64,000 nt of DNA from Chiloscyllium plagiosum (taxonomy: Eukaryota), in NCBI RefSeq assembly GCF_004010195.1, contig NC_057720.1:10899181-10963180 (forward strand), written 5' to 3'. Under the pieces are notes generated by a model, which saw only the letters and a list, made by a program, of their open reading frames with translations, was not told the origin of the DNA and did no database searches. Made by a program: the position numbers and the translations under genes. Shown here one piece after another: positions 52,000 to 64,000 of the stretch. The stretch's first letter is position 1. Each line of letters begins with the position of its first letter.

Positions 52000-52180
52000 T
52001 TGTTCTCTCATGAGAGGGAGATATTGGTGGTGGTTTAACCTGAGGGTCACCGCACCTCGGGGAAAGGGGAGAGAGGTTGAGAAGGAGAGTCCTTCATGGT
52101 AACCTCAGCTGGTGCAGAGGTTGAACTCACACTCTTGGCTTCACAAAGCAGCTCTGCATTCAGCTGAGCTAACCCACCCC
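52000..52180. repeat. Interspersed SINE-like family (ggtttaacctgagggtcacc); other copies near 4740, 13020, 56140, 58415
   Basis: Shared motif tttaacctgagggtcacc...ggggagaggttgagaagg at several sites. Confidence 0.6.
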
Positions 52181-52833
52181 TCACTGTACAGGTCACAGAA
52201 ACCATGGATTTGGAACTGTGAGGGTGGTTGTGATCAGCTTCAAGGTGACAGGTGGGTTATTGGAATGTGACGATTCAGAAGGAAGGGAGAGAAATATGAA
52301 GAATTTGGGGGCTGTCTCTCAGGGAAGTACCTTTCTCGATTGAGAATAGAATGGAGCCCTGGTTTAAAAATAAGAAAAAAACGACACCAGTTTCTCACCT
52401 ATTTTCCAGAATCCACCGGCATATCTTTGGGGATGCTTGTAATTTATCTTAACTTTTTTTTCTACTCAGTCATGGTACGTGGACATCACTGGCTGGCCCA
52501 TATTTTTTATTGCCTGTCTCTAGTTGCCCTTGAGAAGGTGTCGGTGAACTGAATGATGGAAAATGTTATTTATGAGTAACACAATTGATGGTGAAGATTA
52601 TAATGTTATATATGGCTGCATGTACATTTTTCAAGAGCCCATGGTGACTAAAGTATTCTTTATTACAAGTTCCTCCTACACTTGACAATTTTTTTATTGT
52701 ACACTTAAAAAGTAATTGAACATGAATGGCTGTAAGATGGCTGGCAAAAGATCAGAGATGGCAAAAGGAAGAGAACTTTCATGTAGAGAGTAGTTAAAGT
52801 TTGGAATGTATCATCTGATTGAATATTTTAATA

Positions 52834-53165
52834 GAATTCCTACAGTGTGGAAACAGACCCTTCAGTCCAACAAGTCCACACCGATTCTTTGAAGAGTATC
52901 CCATCCAGACTTATTCGCTTACCCTATTAGTCCACATCTCCCTGACTAATATACCTAACTTACACATCTTTGAACACGTTGGGCAATTTAGCTTGGCCAA
53001 TTCAACTAACTTGCACATCTTTGGACTGTGGGAGGAAATCAGAGCACCCAGTGGAAACCCACACAGACATGAGGAGAATGTGCAAACTCCACACAGTCGC
53101 CTGAGGCTGGAAGTGAACCCATGTCCCTGGTGCTGTGAGGCAGCAGTGCTAACCACTGAGCTACC
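52834..53165 (-). mobile_element. SINE (HE1/V-SINE-like)
   Basis: Family core and head in reverse complement. Confidence 0.82.
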
Positions 53166-53639
53166 GAGCTATCACCCACTTTTGTGTTCACTGCATAAGA
53201 TAAGGTCCTTGGTTTGTGATTTGCTGATTAAGCTTCAACCTGGGCTGCTATATTTGGCAGCTGTAGATAATTACTTTGCTGTTGTATCCCAGTCTTGAGG
53301 GAAGAGAAGAGTTCAGGCCAAAGTCAGAATGGGAACTGAACCTGTGACATTAACATTCCTTTGCACCACACTCACAATCTAACCAACTGAGCTCACCACA
53401 CCCTGATGATTCAGTGACAGCTTTGAAAAGGGACTTGGAAAGCACTTGAAGGAGAAAAGAATTTAGGGAGAAACAGGAAGATTTTGGGAGTTGGGCAAGC
53501 TGATCAATTGAACCAGTACTTTCTCTGTGTTGTACTATTCCATGTGTCTGCAATGTGGCTTTTTTGAAATTATTAAAACAAAAGCTTTTCCTTAAAAAGT
53601 GACAAAGTTAATTCCTAACTTTCTTCTTCCCTCCTTAGA

Positions 53640-53744
53640 ATGAAGTCAAGATCATCTTCACCTCCCAACTATGCCCAACTTAATAAATCTGCACCTGTTC
53701 ATGTTCATATTCAAAAGCCCAAGTTATTACCTTTTGTTGTGGAA
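53640..53744 (+). CDS. ODF2L: ODF2/cenexin-family gene (probably ODF2L), first coding exon
   Basis: ccttag|A ATG: MKSRSSSPPNYAQLNKSAPVHVHIQKPK resembles the cenexin N-terminus as recalled (MKDRSSTPP...PVHVHIKK); donor gtaggt; head-to-head with CLCA like mammalian ODF2L. Confidence 0.75.
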
Positions 53745-54885
53745 GTAGGTATAAATGGTTATTATTGGTTTGTAAAAATAATCAAAATCAGGCTGCTATT
53801 AGCACAGCGACAAGAGATGACACGAGGAAACAAATTTTCCTAATCTGGCGAGTTGTCGTGATCTGGAAATAACTGCCTAAAAGGAGAGTGCAGAAAAAAA
53901 AGACCTGGATAAATACTTCAACTTTGAGGAAATAGAGGAAGAGGGACAAGGGGTTAATTGGCTGTCTCTATCAAAGTCTAAATCCAAACACATTGAGTCA
54001 AATAGCCTCCTTCTGTGCTATGTGGTGTTATCATTTCACTCACATGTCAGATTTGGGAAAATTATGTTGTTTGCATTGACTTTTTTAAAAAAGCCTTTAA
54101 TAAAGTACTGGGCTGGATAGGATCTGGAGTATGTATTGGGGCAGAAGTAGCAAATTGTATTGACACGTCCGAAACTTTGACCATTTGGGAGGGCACTGGG
54201 TCGTGGTCTGTAATTCAGAATGCTGCCTCCAAACATGGCTTTGGATGGGAGATGGGAAAAGGGGAACAGCATGTACAGACAGTTTGAGATAATTTTACAC
54301 ATTATTCTTTCATGAGCTGTGAACATCCCTGGCAAGGCCTGCTCTTGAAGATATTTCAAAGGGCAGTTTAAAGTCTGTGACTCCAGACCAATTAATGTGG
54401 GTCTGGGGTCACATGTAAGTCAGACCAAGTAAGGACAGCAGTTTCCTTCCCTATAGGACATCAGTTAATCAGATGATGTTTCTCCCCCACAGTCATTTCG
54501 TGAACAGTATTACATTTATTTCCAGATTTATAAATTTGACCGTTTACCATGATGGGATTTGAATCCAAGTTCAGAGAGTTTAGGGTGGATGAAAGCATGG
54601 TTGCCATTGGAAGGGCAATTAAAGTTGGGCATGTTGAAGAGAGAGGAATTAGTGAAGCAGATATCCTGAGGGGCTGGAATAGATCACTGAGATAAGAGGG
54701 ACCAGACCATTGAGGGATTTGTAAGGTCAAGAAATTTAGATTTAAACAACTATTTAGCCAGAGGCAAGTGTAGAATAGCTAACACCTGTAAAACAGTAGA
54801 TTCTCAGCAAATCTATTGTACAGAGACTAAAATTTTCTGATTATTATTCTCAATGTGTTGTTTCTTCCAATTATCTCGCGTGCAG

Positions 54886-54984
54886 AAAAGAAAGCACTCA
54901 ACTGATTCAACAAAAGCAAACAGAACTGTGAGGGGAAAAGCTAAGCCCCACACTCCAACCTTTGGCCAAAATGACAAACAAGAG
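54886..54984 (+). CDS. ODF2L: ODF2L-like coding exon 2
   Basis: tgcag|KRKHSTDSTKANRTVRGKAKPHTPTFGQNDKQE|gtggat; 99 nt, phase 0-0; RTVRGKAK resembles ODF2 RSVRVKTK. Confidence 0.65.
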
Positions 54985-55528
54985 GTGGATGTATCAAATC
55001 AAAATTGTAGTATTCTCTTGAACTAATTACTTAACTGTATATTGGGTGTAAAATTATTTTAACAAAAGCATCAGTTGGATTGAACCAGTTTTTTTTTCTA
55101 CTGAATTAAAAAAAAGCAACTTAAAATATATATATGGGAGAACTTCATTTTTCCAAGACCTATTTATATTGACCTGTGTGCACAGATCTATTTGTGGAGA
55201 GCAGAAACACTGCTAGTAATGGGTCCAGAGTAATGGTACTAATTGTGAGCATCCTTGTCTTTTCTTGAATACTAATGTTCGCAGCTTGTTTTATTGGGGT
55301 ATTTTGAGATGAAAAGTTCTGTGTACTATAGTACAACCTTTTGTCAAATGAGTAACTTCTGTGGAAGCTCATATTAAGGTGAGGGTAACTTTAAACAGTG
55401 AGAACACAGCTGCGACTGGAGAAAGATACAGAGGTACTTTCTGATCAGGGTCAGAAACTTGCCCTGATCAGTCAAAAAATGCACACATTTGCATTTTGAT
55501 TCGTCATATCTTTACATTTCCTGGACAG

Positions 55529-55618
55529 GAACCTTCTTCTGTGAACCAACAAATGCAAGAACGCATGCAACCAGAAGCAGAGTGGAAGAGTGTGGAATCT
55601 GCATCTCCTTCTTCAGCT
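55529..55618 (+). CDS. ODF2L: ODF2L-like coding exon 3
   Basis: ggacag|EPSSVNQQMQERMQPEAEWKSVESASPSSA|gtaagt; 90 nt, strong splice sites, phase 0-0. Confidence 0.6.
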
Positions 55619-56789
55619 GTAAGTGTGCCATACTGTGTAATTCAAATGTCCCACAGTCACTTTGACCTCAGGAGTTATCAGTATATAAGAGACATGTAGG
55701 GGTAGGCTGCTGTGTGATGTGATGAAAGGATAAGGTGGATTTGTGGCCGGGCTCGGGGGAAGGGAGAGAAGTTTGTTGGGTCTGAGCTGTTTTTGTTGTG
55801 GTGACGAGTCGGGATTTTTTTTCTGGTTGCCCAGGAGTCAGAGTAGGTTTTACAATCCTCAAACGTTTCTTGGGTAACTGGCATTTAAGTGAGTCAGAAT
55901 CATCTGAAATCCAATATTGTGACTCCAAACTGGGGGCTTTAGTGAGGGTTTGAAACACCCTCACTCAAGGTAATTTCAGTTTCCTTCACAATTCCCAAGG
56001 AGTCAGTCCCGAAATGATTTTTTTCAATTTCACAGCTCCATCTGAATGTATTACAGTGTTCAAGCATTTTAAAATTTGCATCCCAGTTCATGTTTCCAGT
56101 TGCTGAAGTAAAGACATCATAGAAAGAACCAACTGGTGGTTTAACCTGAGGGTCACCACACCTCAGGCAAGGGGAGAGATTGAGAAGGACAGTCCTTCAG
56201 CCATGTATGTATTGAACATGCTGTTGGCATAACTCTGCATTGCAAGCCAGCTATCCAGCTACCTAACCCCCATATCTACTAGGTTAAATAATTGATTATT
56301 CCCTTTGCAGAATTGATCCATTGATTGCAAATTCGGAAGAACAGTGCTTGATACATTTATTGTATGCTTAGTATTAAAATAGCCTCTTAGGGAGTTTAGA
56401 ATAAGTATATTACAAGACAGCTCTCATTTTTTATATGCAATGAAATGACTGATGATTCCACAGGGAGGCTATCTGGGGAGAAATTGAAGAGGCTGGGGCG
56501 CTGTTTTTTCTGCAATGGAGAAGGCTGAGGAATGACCTTGTAGATTATAAAAGAGTTTTATAGGGCTAATATAAGGAATATGTTTCCACTTATAATAGTC
56601 AGAAGAATTAGGGGCCATAAATATAAGACTATTACTAATAAATTCATTACTAATAAATTACTAATAATTAAAGGTAATTCGGATGAGCTCAGAGTGTGGT
56701 TAAACTGTCATCTGCTTTAACCACTCGTGTGGCTCAGTGCCATGTTTTATTTTGTGAAGCTCCTGTTCAGCACCTTCGGATTTTTAATT

Positions 56790-57065
56790 GGCAGCACGGT
56801 GGCTCAGTGGGACCCGAGTTCAATTCTACACTCAGGCAACGATCTGTGCGGATTTGTTCCGGTTTCCCCCCAAAGTCGAAAAATGTGCAGGTTAGGTGGA
56901 TTGGCCATGCTAAATTGTCCATAATGTCCAGCAATGTGCAGGCTAGGTGGATTAGTCAAGGGAAATGCAGGGTTACAGGGATGGGGTGAGTCTATGTGGG
57001 AGCTCTTTGGAGGGTTGGTTAATACTTGATTGGCTGAATGGCCTACTTCCACACTGTAGGGATTC
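56790..57065 (+). mobile_element. SINE (HE1/V-SINE-like)
   Basis: ggcagcacggtggctcagtgg head and family tail. Confidence 0.8.
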
Positions 57066-57714
57066 TTTGATTGTATTGTAAACTGCAGTTGTTGAATCTG
57101 AACCTGCAATGCAAAGCATGCTATCATTTTCATCTAGAAATTCTGCAAAACTACCTAAATGTTCTTTGGAAAGGGCACATCACTCCCTCTCTGTTTAAAC
57201 TTCTCTTGCATTTAAAAGTTGCTTAATCCTTTTTGATATAAAGAACCAGCACAGAGATGTTTGATCAAGGTCAGTGGGAAAGAAACCAACTGAGCAGTAA
57301 TCCAGTGATGCTAACTTTACGGAGGAATGTGACATTAATGTGCAAGTGAACTGGTCTAGCTATCCAATCAGCAGCGCAATGGAAGGCTTGGAAAGCTCGA
57401 AAAATGAAATAAATTGTTTTCATTGGCAGCACTGATTTTGGATTATGTCATCTTATTGATCCCAATATTCTGAATTATTGAGTGGCTCCTTCCACTTGAG
57501 TCTGTGAATAGGGAAGAGTCTGTTGCTGGGCATGTGATATGATGGGAGGGTTGAACCAGAAATGCAGTTAGCATGGAGGCAGCTTACATATAGTTTGTAT
57601 TTATACCAGTTAGATAAAGAATATATTCAAGATTGGTTTGGTGATTTAACTGTTCATTGTACTTTTTAGATATTTGCTCTTACAAATTGTTAATGGGAAT
57701 TGTTCAGTTTTCAG

Positions 57715-57868
57715 GGCACACAGCGAACAGAGAGTCTGAAGATAAAGCAAAGGCATCAAATTGGAGAAGTGAAGTTCGTGAAACTGATGCACATACTCAA
57801 TCAACCAATAAAAATGGGACTTCTCATGAGAGTTTTGACAAGTTCCAAAAAGAGTTGGACTGGACAGG
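57715..57868 (+). CDS. Probable further ODF2L-like exon (frame uncertain)
   Basis: ttttcag|...|gtaact; two frames are open across the 154 nt. Confidence 0.45.
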
Positions 57869-60800
57869 GTAACTAACTACTGTGTTTGTTCTGCCTTTTA
57901 ATACATGTCACCAAGTTTTACAGTGTAAAAAGAGACCATTCAGCCCAACGGGTCTACGCTGGCTCTTCAGATGAGCGTCATTAACTGGTGCCAATCTCCT
58001 GCCTTTTCCCCATACCATAGCACATGATTTTTGTCCAAATAAGTGTCCAATGCCCTCTTGAATGCCTCAATTGAACCTGCCTCCACCACACTTCCAGGCA
58101 GTGCATTCCATTCTCTAACTACTCATGGAATGAAAATCTCATTTTTCACATCACCCCTGTTTCTTTTCCAAATTACCTTAAATCTATGCCTTCTCATTTT
58201 TGTTCTTGTAATATAGGCATTCATATGAAATTACGTTGCTTGTTATTTTAATTGAAGCGTGAAAATGTATTTCAATGTGGAGTCATTGGGGTCAGTTGGC
58301 TGAACAGTTGGCTTAATGCAGGATGATGCAAGTGATGTGTGGGTTCAGTTCCTGTACGGCTGAATCTACCATGAAGAATTCCCCTTCTTGTCCTCTCCCT
58401 TCACTTGAGGCTAAGTGACCCTCAGGTTAAACCACCACAAATTGTCCTCTCTGTAACAAGGGAGCAGCCCTCCGCACCTGTAGCTACTTTTAATATCTTA
58501 ATGGCAAGCAGTGCTAATGGTTTACTGTTACATCTGCGTCAATTTTATTCAAATTCGGTGAAAACCATTTTAAAGTTATGGAAGCAATTAAGTTAATTGC
58601 TAAGTCGATTTCTAAAATTTATTCATAGTGTCATTGGCTAGGCTAGCATTTGTTTTCTATCTCGAATTACCCTTGAGAAGATGCTCTTGAGCTCACTTTT
58701 TGAACTATTGAATTATGTTGATTCACTGACCAAAACGAGCACTTGTTTCTCTTTAGCACCCACTGATCAAAACCTATTCTTAAAGCTAGTGACAAACTCA
58801 TGTTAATACTGAGGCTGTGAACTGGAATCAAATCTATATCCTCTTAATTACACACACAGACACCCAAGCTCAACATAAAATACCAAGTTTCTGCACAGGT
58901 TGTAGTTTCAAAAAAGGCAAAAGTGAACGAAGAGCCCCAAGCACAAAGCTTGGGAATGAAAGGTAAATTGTGATCCTTTTTTACATCCGCTGAATTGCCA
59001 GTCAATGAAGCTGAATTTCATGCGGTAGATTGATGATAAAGGTGTATTTCTGACTGCAATCAACCTGGATTCAAGTAACTGGGGACTGGTCATAAAGTAT
59101 CCCTTCTGCGTTTACCTGGTAATTTGGAATTATACTGTTATTTTGAAACTTTTTCAGCTTGCCAGGAGCATCTAATGATATTCAAGACAGAGGCTGGCAA
59201 CTTAACAACGTAAGAACTAGGAGCAGGAGTAGGCCACCTGGCCCTTCAAGCCTGCTCTGCCATTCAATAAGGTCATGGCTGATCTTTTCATGGACTCAGG
59301 CCCACTTACCCGCGCTTTCACCATTAACCTACCCACGCTTTCACCATTAACCTTAATTCCTTTACTGTTCAATAATCTATCGATCTTTGCCTTAAAAACA
59401 TTTAATGAGATAACCTGAACTGCTTCACTGGGGCAGGGAATTCCACAGATTCACAACCCTTTTGGGTGATGAAGTTCCTCCTCAACTCAGTCCCAAATCT
59501 GCTCCCCATTATTTTGAGGCTATGCCCTGTAGTTCTAGCTTCTAACCTGTCTTCTTTACATCGACTTCTGAGTGTGTAAATCAAAATTCTAAGTCCAGAA
59601 AGGGTTGTTTGGCATCCCTTAGTAGAGATCCCCTAGTCCCTTCAAAGCCAGGGAATGAAGCCAATAGACCCGATATCTAATTTTCTTGAAAGCTTTGCTT
59701 GACTGTTTCTTGGCAGGTAAATCACAGTCCACGAAAATATTGGCTTTATTTCCAACAAATCATGTGGTGAAAACCTTTCTCAATGCTGAAAATGTTCAAA
59801 TAGTTCAAGTTGTTCTGGTTTCTTCCAGACAATTCTGAAATATAAATATAGTCATCCTAGCAATTACAAAGAAAGGGTATGAGATGGATGTAAATACAAC
59901 GCTGTGGTGTGTTTTGTAGTCCTGTGTCCTGGCTGACATGTTTCCCTTGCCCAACACCAAAGCTATTTAATTGGGAATCCATCTCTTTGTTGTTTGTTAG
60001 TCTTTGTTGAGCCCAGACTAGGCTCTGAAGTTTTGCTACGTTAATGTGACAAACACTGCTACAAATGCAACTAACTGCCAATGAAGGCCTTTCAGATAGC
60101 TTGAGGTTGTAAATGAAATAACTCTATGGAGGCCGGTGTCCAGTCATTAAGTCACACTGTATTTACACATGGACAGTAACACTGCCTCATACAGAGTCAG
60201 GCACCAATGAGTCAGTATCTCTGATGAAGAGCTTATGCCTGAAATGTCAATTCTCCTGCTCCTCAGATGCTGCCTGACTGGCTGTGCTTTTCCAGCACCG
60301 CATTTTGACTTTGATCTCCAGCATTTGCAGTCCTCACTTTCTCCTAAGGTTAAAAATCACACAACACCTCCAAATCATCACTTTAATATTAGTCAGAGTT
60401 CCCTGACTGGACTGGGTTAACAATCCCAATCAAGAGACTCAATCTATGATGTCCAGTTGGCTGACCTCATTACAATCACTGCTGTAAACCTCTCCAGTGG
60501 AAAGCCTTTCACTTACTGGTTTATAAATTTGCTGAGTGTCATCAGAAGCATTGAAAATAGGAGTAGGAGCAGGCCCTTGTTTCATCAGTTATTCCACATG
60601 TAACTATTTTAGGTGTTGCATTTGAATGCCTCATTCATTCTGAGGTCCAATTCATTTCAAATCCTTCTTGATTGTTTCCAGTCCCTCTTTGTGATTAGCT
60701 ACTTGAAGTAGAATGATTAGTTTGCTGCTGCTGTCACATGGAACTTGGCCAAGTACCATTAAACTGATAACACTTCTTTCAACTGCAGCTGCACGTTTCA

Positions 60801-61474
60801 GGATTTCAAGTTCTGCAGAGCCATCTGGTAGTCGTCTCAAGATAGCCAGCATGCCTTCGTTTATTGTGATTGTATATTGAGAGTAATTTGTTTTATGCAA
60901 AGCTCAGTTTATCAATCCCAAATCAGGATACTGTCGTTTAGCAGCAGTTCAGCCAAGTAATCCCAAAGGCATTGGAATTCTGTTGCAGAAAACATGAGTT
61001 TAAATCCCATCCTGTTTTCTGGGGACAATTTGATTGCCATATTCTTTTTAAAACCCAAACTGATATAAATGCAGGAAACCTTTATATTTGTTGCCCTTTG
61101 GTATAATAGAAAGGCTACACTAATAAGTTACTTGAGAAGTTTCCTGTCATAATTTAGGAAGTTTTGCTTAAGATATGGGTTAAGCAGTTACATGTTACCT
61201 TGCTTGAGGGGGTGAAGAGGGTTGGTGGAGGGGAGTGGGGGGAGGGAGTTGGGGCAGGGGAGGGGAAGGGAATTGGTGGACAGGGGAGGTGGGGCGTGCA
61301 GAGGGAAGAAACCACACTTCTGTGCCTTAACTGCTGGAAATTTGGAATTTCCATTCATTTGTGAATATCTCAAATTGCAGAGCATAATAGAGCTTGCTAC
61401 CCTGATACAATATCAATAATGTGATAAGATGGACCTCTCCAACCCGAAAGATCCAGGAAAGATCTTGGAGAAGA

Positions 61475-63770
61475 TCTGTAGCTTGGGTTGTAAGTTTGCT
61501 GGCTGAGCTGGTGGGTTTGTTCTCAGACGTTTCATCATCATGCTGGGTAACATCATCAGTGAGCCTCCAATGAAGCGTTGGTGTTCTGTCCTGGTTTGTT
61601 GTTTATGTGTCTTGGTTTGTTGTGATGAGTGATATCATTTCTGGTTCTGTTTCTCAGACGTTGGTAAATGGGGTCCAGATCTATATCTTTGTTAATGGAG
61701 TTCTGGTTTGAATGCCAGGCCTGTAGGAATTCCCATGCCTGTGTTTGTTTGGCTTGTCCCAAGACAGATGTATTGTCCTAGTCGGACTAGTGTCCCTCTT
61801 CGTCTGTGTGTGTAGATACCAGTGATAGTTGGTCATGTGTTTTGGTGGCTAGTTGGTGCTCATGTATCCTGGTGGCTAGCTTCCTGCCCATTTGTCCAAT
61901 GTAATGTTTGTTGCAGTCCTTGCAGGGTATTTTGTATATTACGTTCGTTATGCAGGCTGTGGGTACAGGGTCCTTAAATTCATCAGCAGTTGTTTTAGTG
62001 CGGTAGTGGGTTGGTGGGTTACCATGATGCCTAAGGACCGGAGTACCTGGTGGTCAACTCTGAAATGTTTTTGATGTATAGTAGGGTGACTTGAATCTCT
62101 AGGTGTGTACTGTCTTCCTGTTTAGGTTTGTTGTGCAGGATTCGTCAGACTGCGCTTATCAGGTAACTGTTGTTCCTGAATAAGTTGTGTAGTTGCTTCT
62201 CCTCAGCTTCTCGTAGTTGTGGTGCTGCAGTGTGTTGTGGCATGTTTGAATAGTGTCCAGATGCAATTCCATTTGTGGGTGTTGGGATGGTTGCTTCTGT
62301 AGTTGAGTATCTGGTCTGTCTGTGTCGCTTTCCTGTAAACAGTGGTCTACATTGGCTTTTTATTTTCCCATGACATCCAAGAAGGGGAGTCGGTTATTGT
62401 TCTTTTCCTCTTTGGTGAATTTTATACCGGTGAGGATGTTGTTTATGTGTTTGTGGGTTTCTTCTAGTTTATCATGCTTGATGATATAAAGGTGATATCC
62501 ACAAAGCTTAGGCTGGATCATGGGAAGGGCTGTTCATTCCAACCTCTGCATAACTGCTTCTGCTATAAGTCCTGATATTGGTGATCCCATAGGCATCCAT
62601 TGATTTGTATATCGTGTCGTTGAAGGTGAAGTGGATTGTGAGGCATAGGTCCAGGGTCATTTGAGGATGCTGTCCTTGCTGATAGAGTTGGCACTATCAG
62701 GTGTCAGGTATCCTTGGTTGGTCTAGCAGTGAGGCCAGTGTTTCTTTCGCAAGGATAATGTTTATTGATGTGAGTAGGGCCATCAGGTCGAAGGAAACCA
62801 TGACCTCCTCATCCTCTACCTTGGTGTCTTTGATAATGTTAAGGAGTTCCTGGGCAGAATGATTGGAGTGGGTTGAGTCTTCTACCAGGTATTCTGGTTT
62901 ACGTTGCAGTTTCTTTGCTAGCCTGTCTGTTGGAGCGCTGGGAAGTCAGGCTACAGATCCGGAAGTGAGGGGGTGGGGTGTCCCTTGTTTGTGTACTTTT
63001 GGCAATCCGTAGAAATGGGGTGTGTCTTGTTAATTCCTGATGAAGGACTTTTGCCCGAAATGTCAACTCTTCTCCTCCTCAGATTCTGCCTGACCTGCTA
63101 TGCTTTTCCAGCACCACACTCTCGATTCTAATCTCCACAATCTGCAGTCCTCCCTTTCACCTTGTTAATTTCGTCTGCCTTGTGTAGTTTCCTCAGGAAT
63201 GCTGTAATGTGGTTTGTTAGCTGCGGAGTCAGGTCCATCGCCACCTGTTGGTAGGTGTCAGTATAGCTTAGTAGTGTGTTCGCTTTTTCAATGTACTGTG
63301 TTCCGTACAGGATGATGGTCATGCGCCCTTTGTCTGCCGGTAAAGGGACAAGAAATATTTCTGTCTTTTCTGAGTCCTTCCAGGGCTTTCTTCTCAAGTG
63401 TGTTGAGGGCATTCCCTCCTTTCTTTCTGCTTAGTGTTGGTGCTACCATCTGGTCTGCTGGGTTTCTTCTGCAAGTCTGTTGTCTTTGAGGGTGGATTCC
63501 AGTGCGGCTAGAAGGTCCTTTTTGTCTATGTCCCTGTGGTTGTAGTCCATCGTACTAGAATGGCCTTTCCATATCTTTGAGTGCTCAGTCCGACAGGTTC
63601 TTTATCCAGCTCACACACAGACATTGCTGTGTGTGAGCTTAGTTAGTTTTTCTTGTTGGGCCAGTCCTTTCTTTGTTCTGGTCTGCTGTTGTTTAATGCA
63701 GGTGGCTTATTCTAACATAGTTGTCCATTCATGGTAGGTCACATTAGTGTACAAAGGTTTTTGGCATGAA
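61475..63770 (-). mobile_element. Long degenerate Penelope-like element (RT, GIY-YIG, hammerhead terminus) with a nested family A element (63036-63160)
   Basis: PADKGRMT; EVMVSFDL.ALLTSI; GSPISGLIAEAVMQRLE; GIY-YIG remnants; TSD cttgttaatt at 63026-63035 and 63161-63170. Confidence 0.88.
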
Positions 63771-63774
63771 ATGA

Positions 63775-64000
63775 CCACCAGGTATCATGGTAACCCATCA
63801 ACCTACTACTGCACTAAAACAACTACTGATGAATTTAAATGACACCGTACCCACAGCCAGCAGAACAAGCATAATATATAAATATCCTGCAAGGACTGCA
63901 ACAAATATTACATTGGACAAACTAGCAGGGAGCTGGACACCAGGATATATGAGCTCCAACTCGTCACCAAAAGACATGACCAACTATCACTGGTATCCAT
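63775..64000 (+). mobile_element. Inverted Penelope GIY-YIG segment adjoining the 5' break of the preceding element
   Basis: Reverse-complement match to about 61810-62035. Confidence 0.8.

Noticed and set aside
56311-56361. Candidate small ODF2L exon (ttgcag|...|gtatgc)
   Set aside because: Its only open phase does not join the neighbouring exons
61207-61300. G-rich tract with G-quadruplex potential
   Set aside because: Low-complexity intronic sequence with no evidence of function

Overview
Vertebrate genomic DNA, very likely from a cartilaginous fish (shark-type CR1/HER1 LINEs, HE1/V-SINE-like SINEs and Penelope-like elements). It is repeat-dense and has two assembly gaps. Three intron-containing loci are readable. 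(1) The 5' five coding exons of a CLCA-family gene (calcium-activated chloride channel regulator, HExxH metalloprotease) on the minus strand, 4217-13939, continuing off the left edge. (2) A RING/B-box/coiled-coil/PRY-SPRY TRIM gene on the minus strand, 28734-48624, carrying about six independent disabling lesions and so read as a pseudogene. (3) The 5' end of a plus-strand ODF2/cenexin-family gene, probably ODF2L given its head-to-head position relative to CLCA, with a CCAAT plus RFX X-box promoter near 51.6 kb. The most striking non-genic signal is at least four families of Penelope-associated terminal repeats. Each carries a minimal hammerhead ribozyme core whose stems co-vary between families. 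Many occur as short non-autonomous, often palindromic units with 9-15 bp target-site duplications (TSDs), nested in other repeats. All calls come from reading the sequence by eye; repeat boundaries are approximate.
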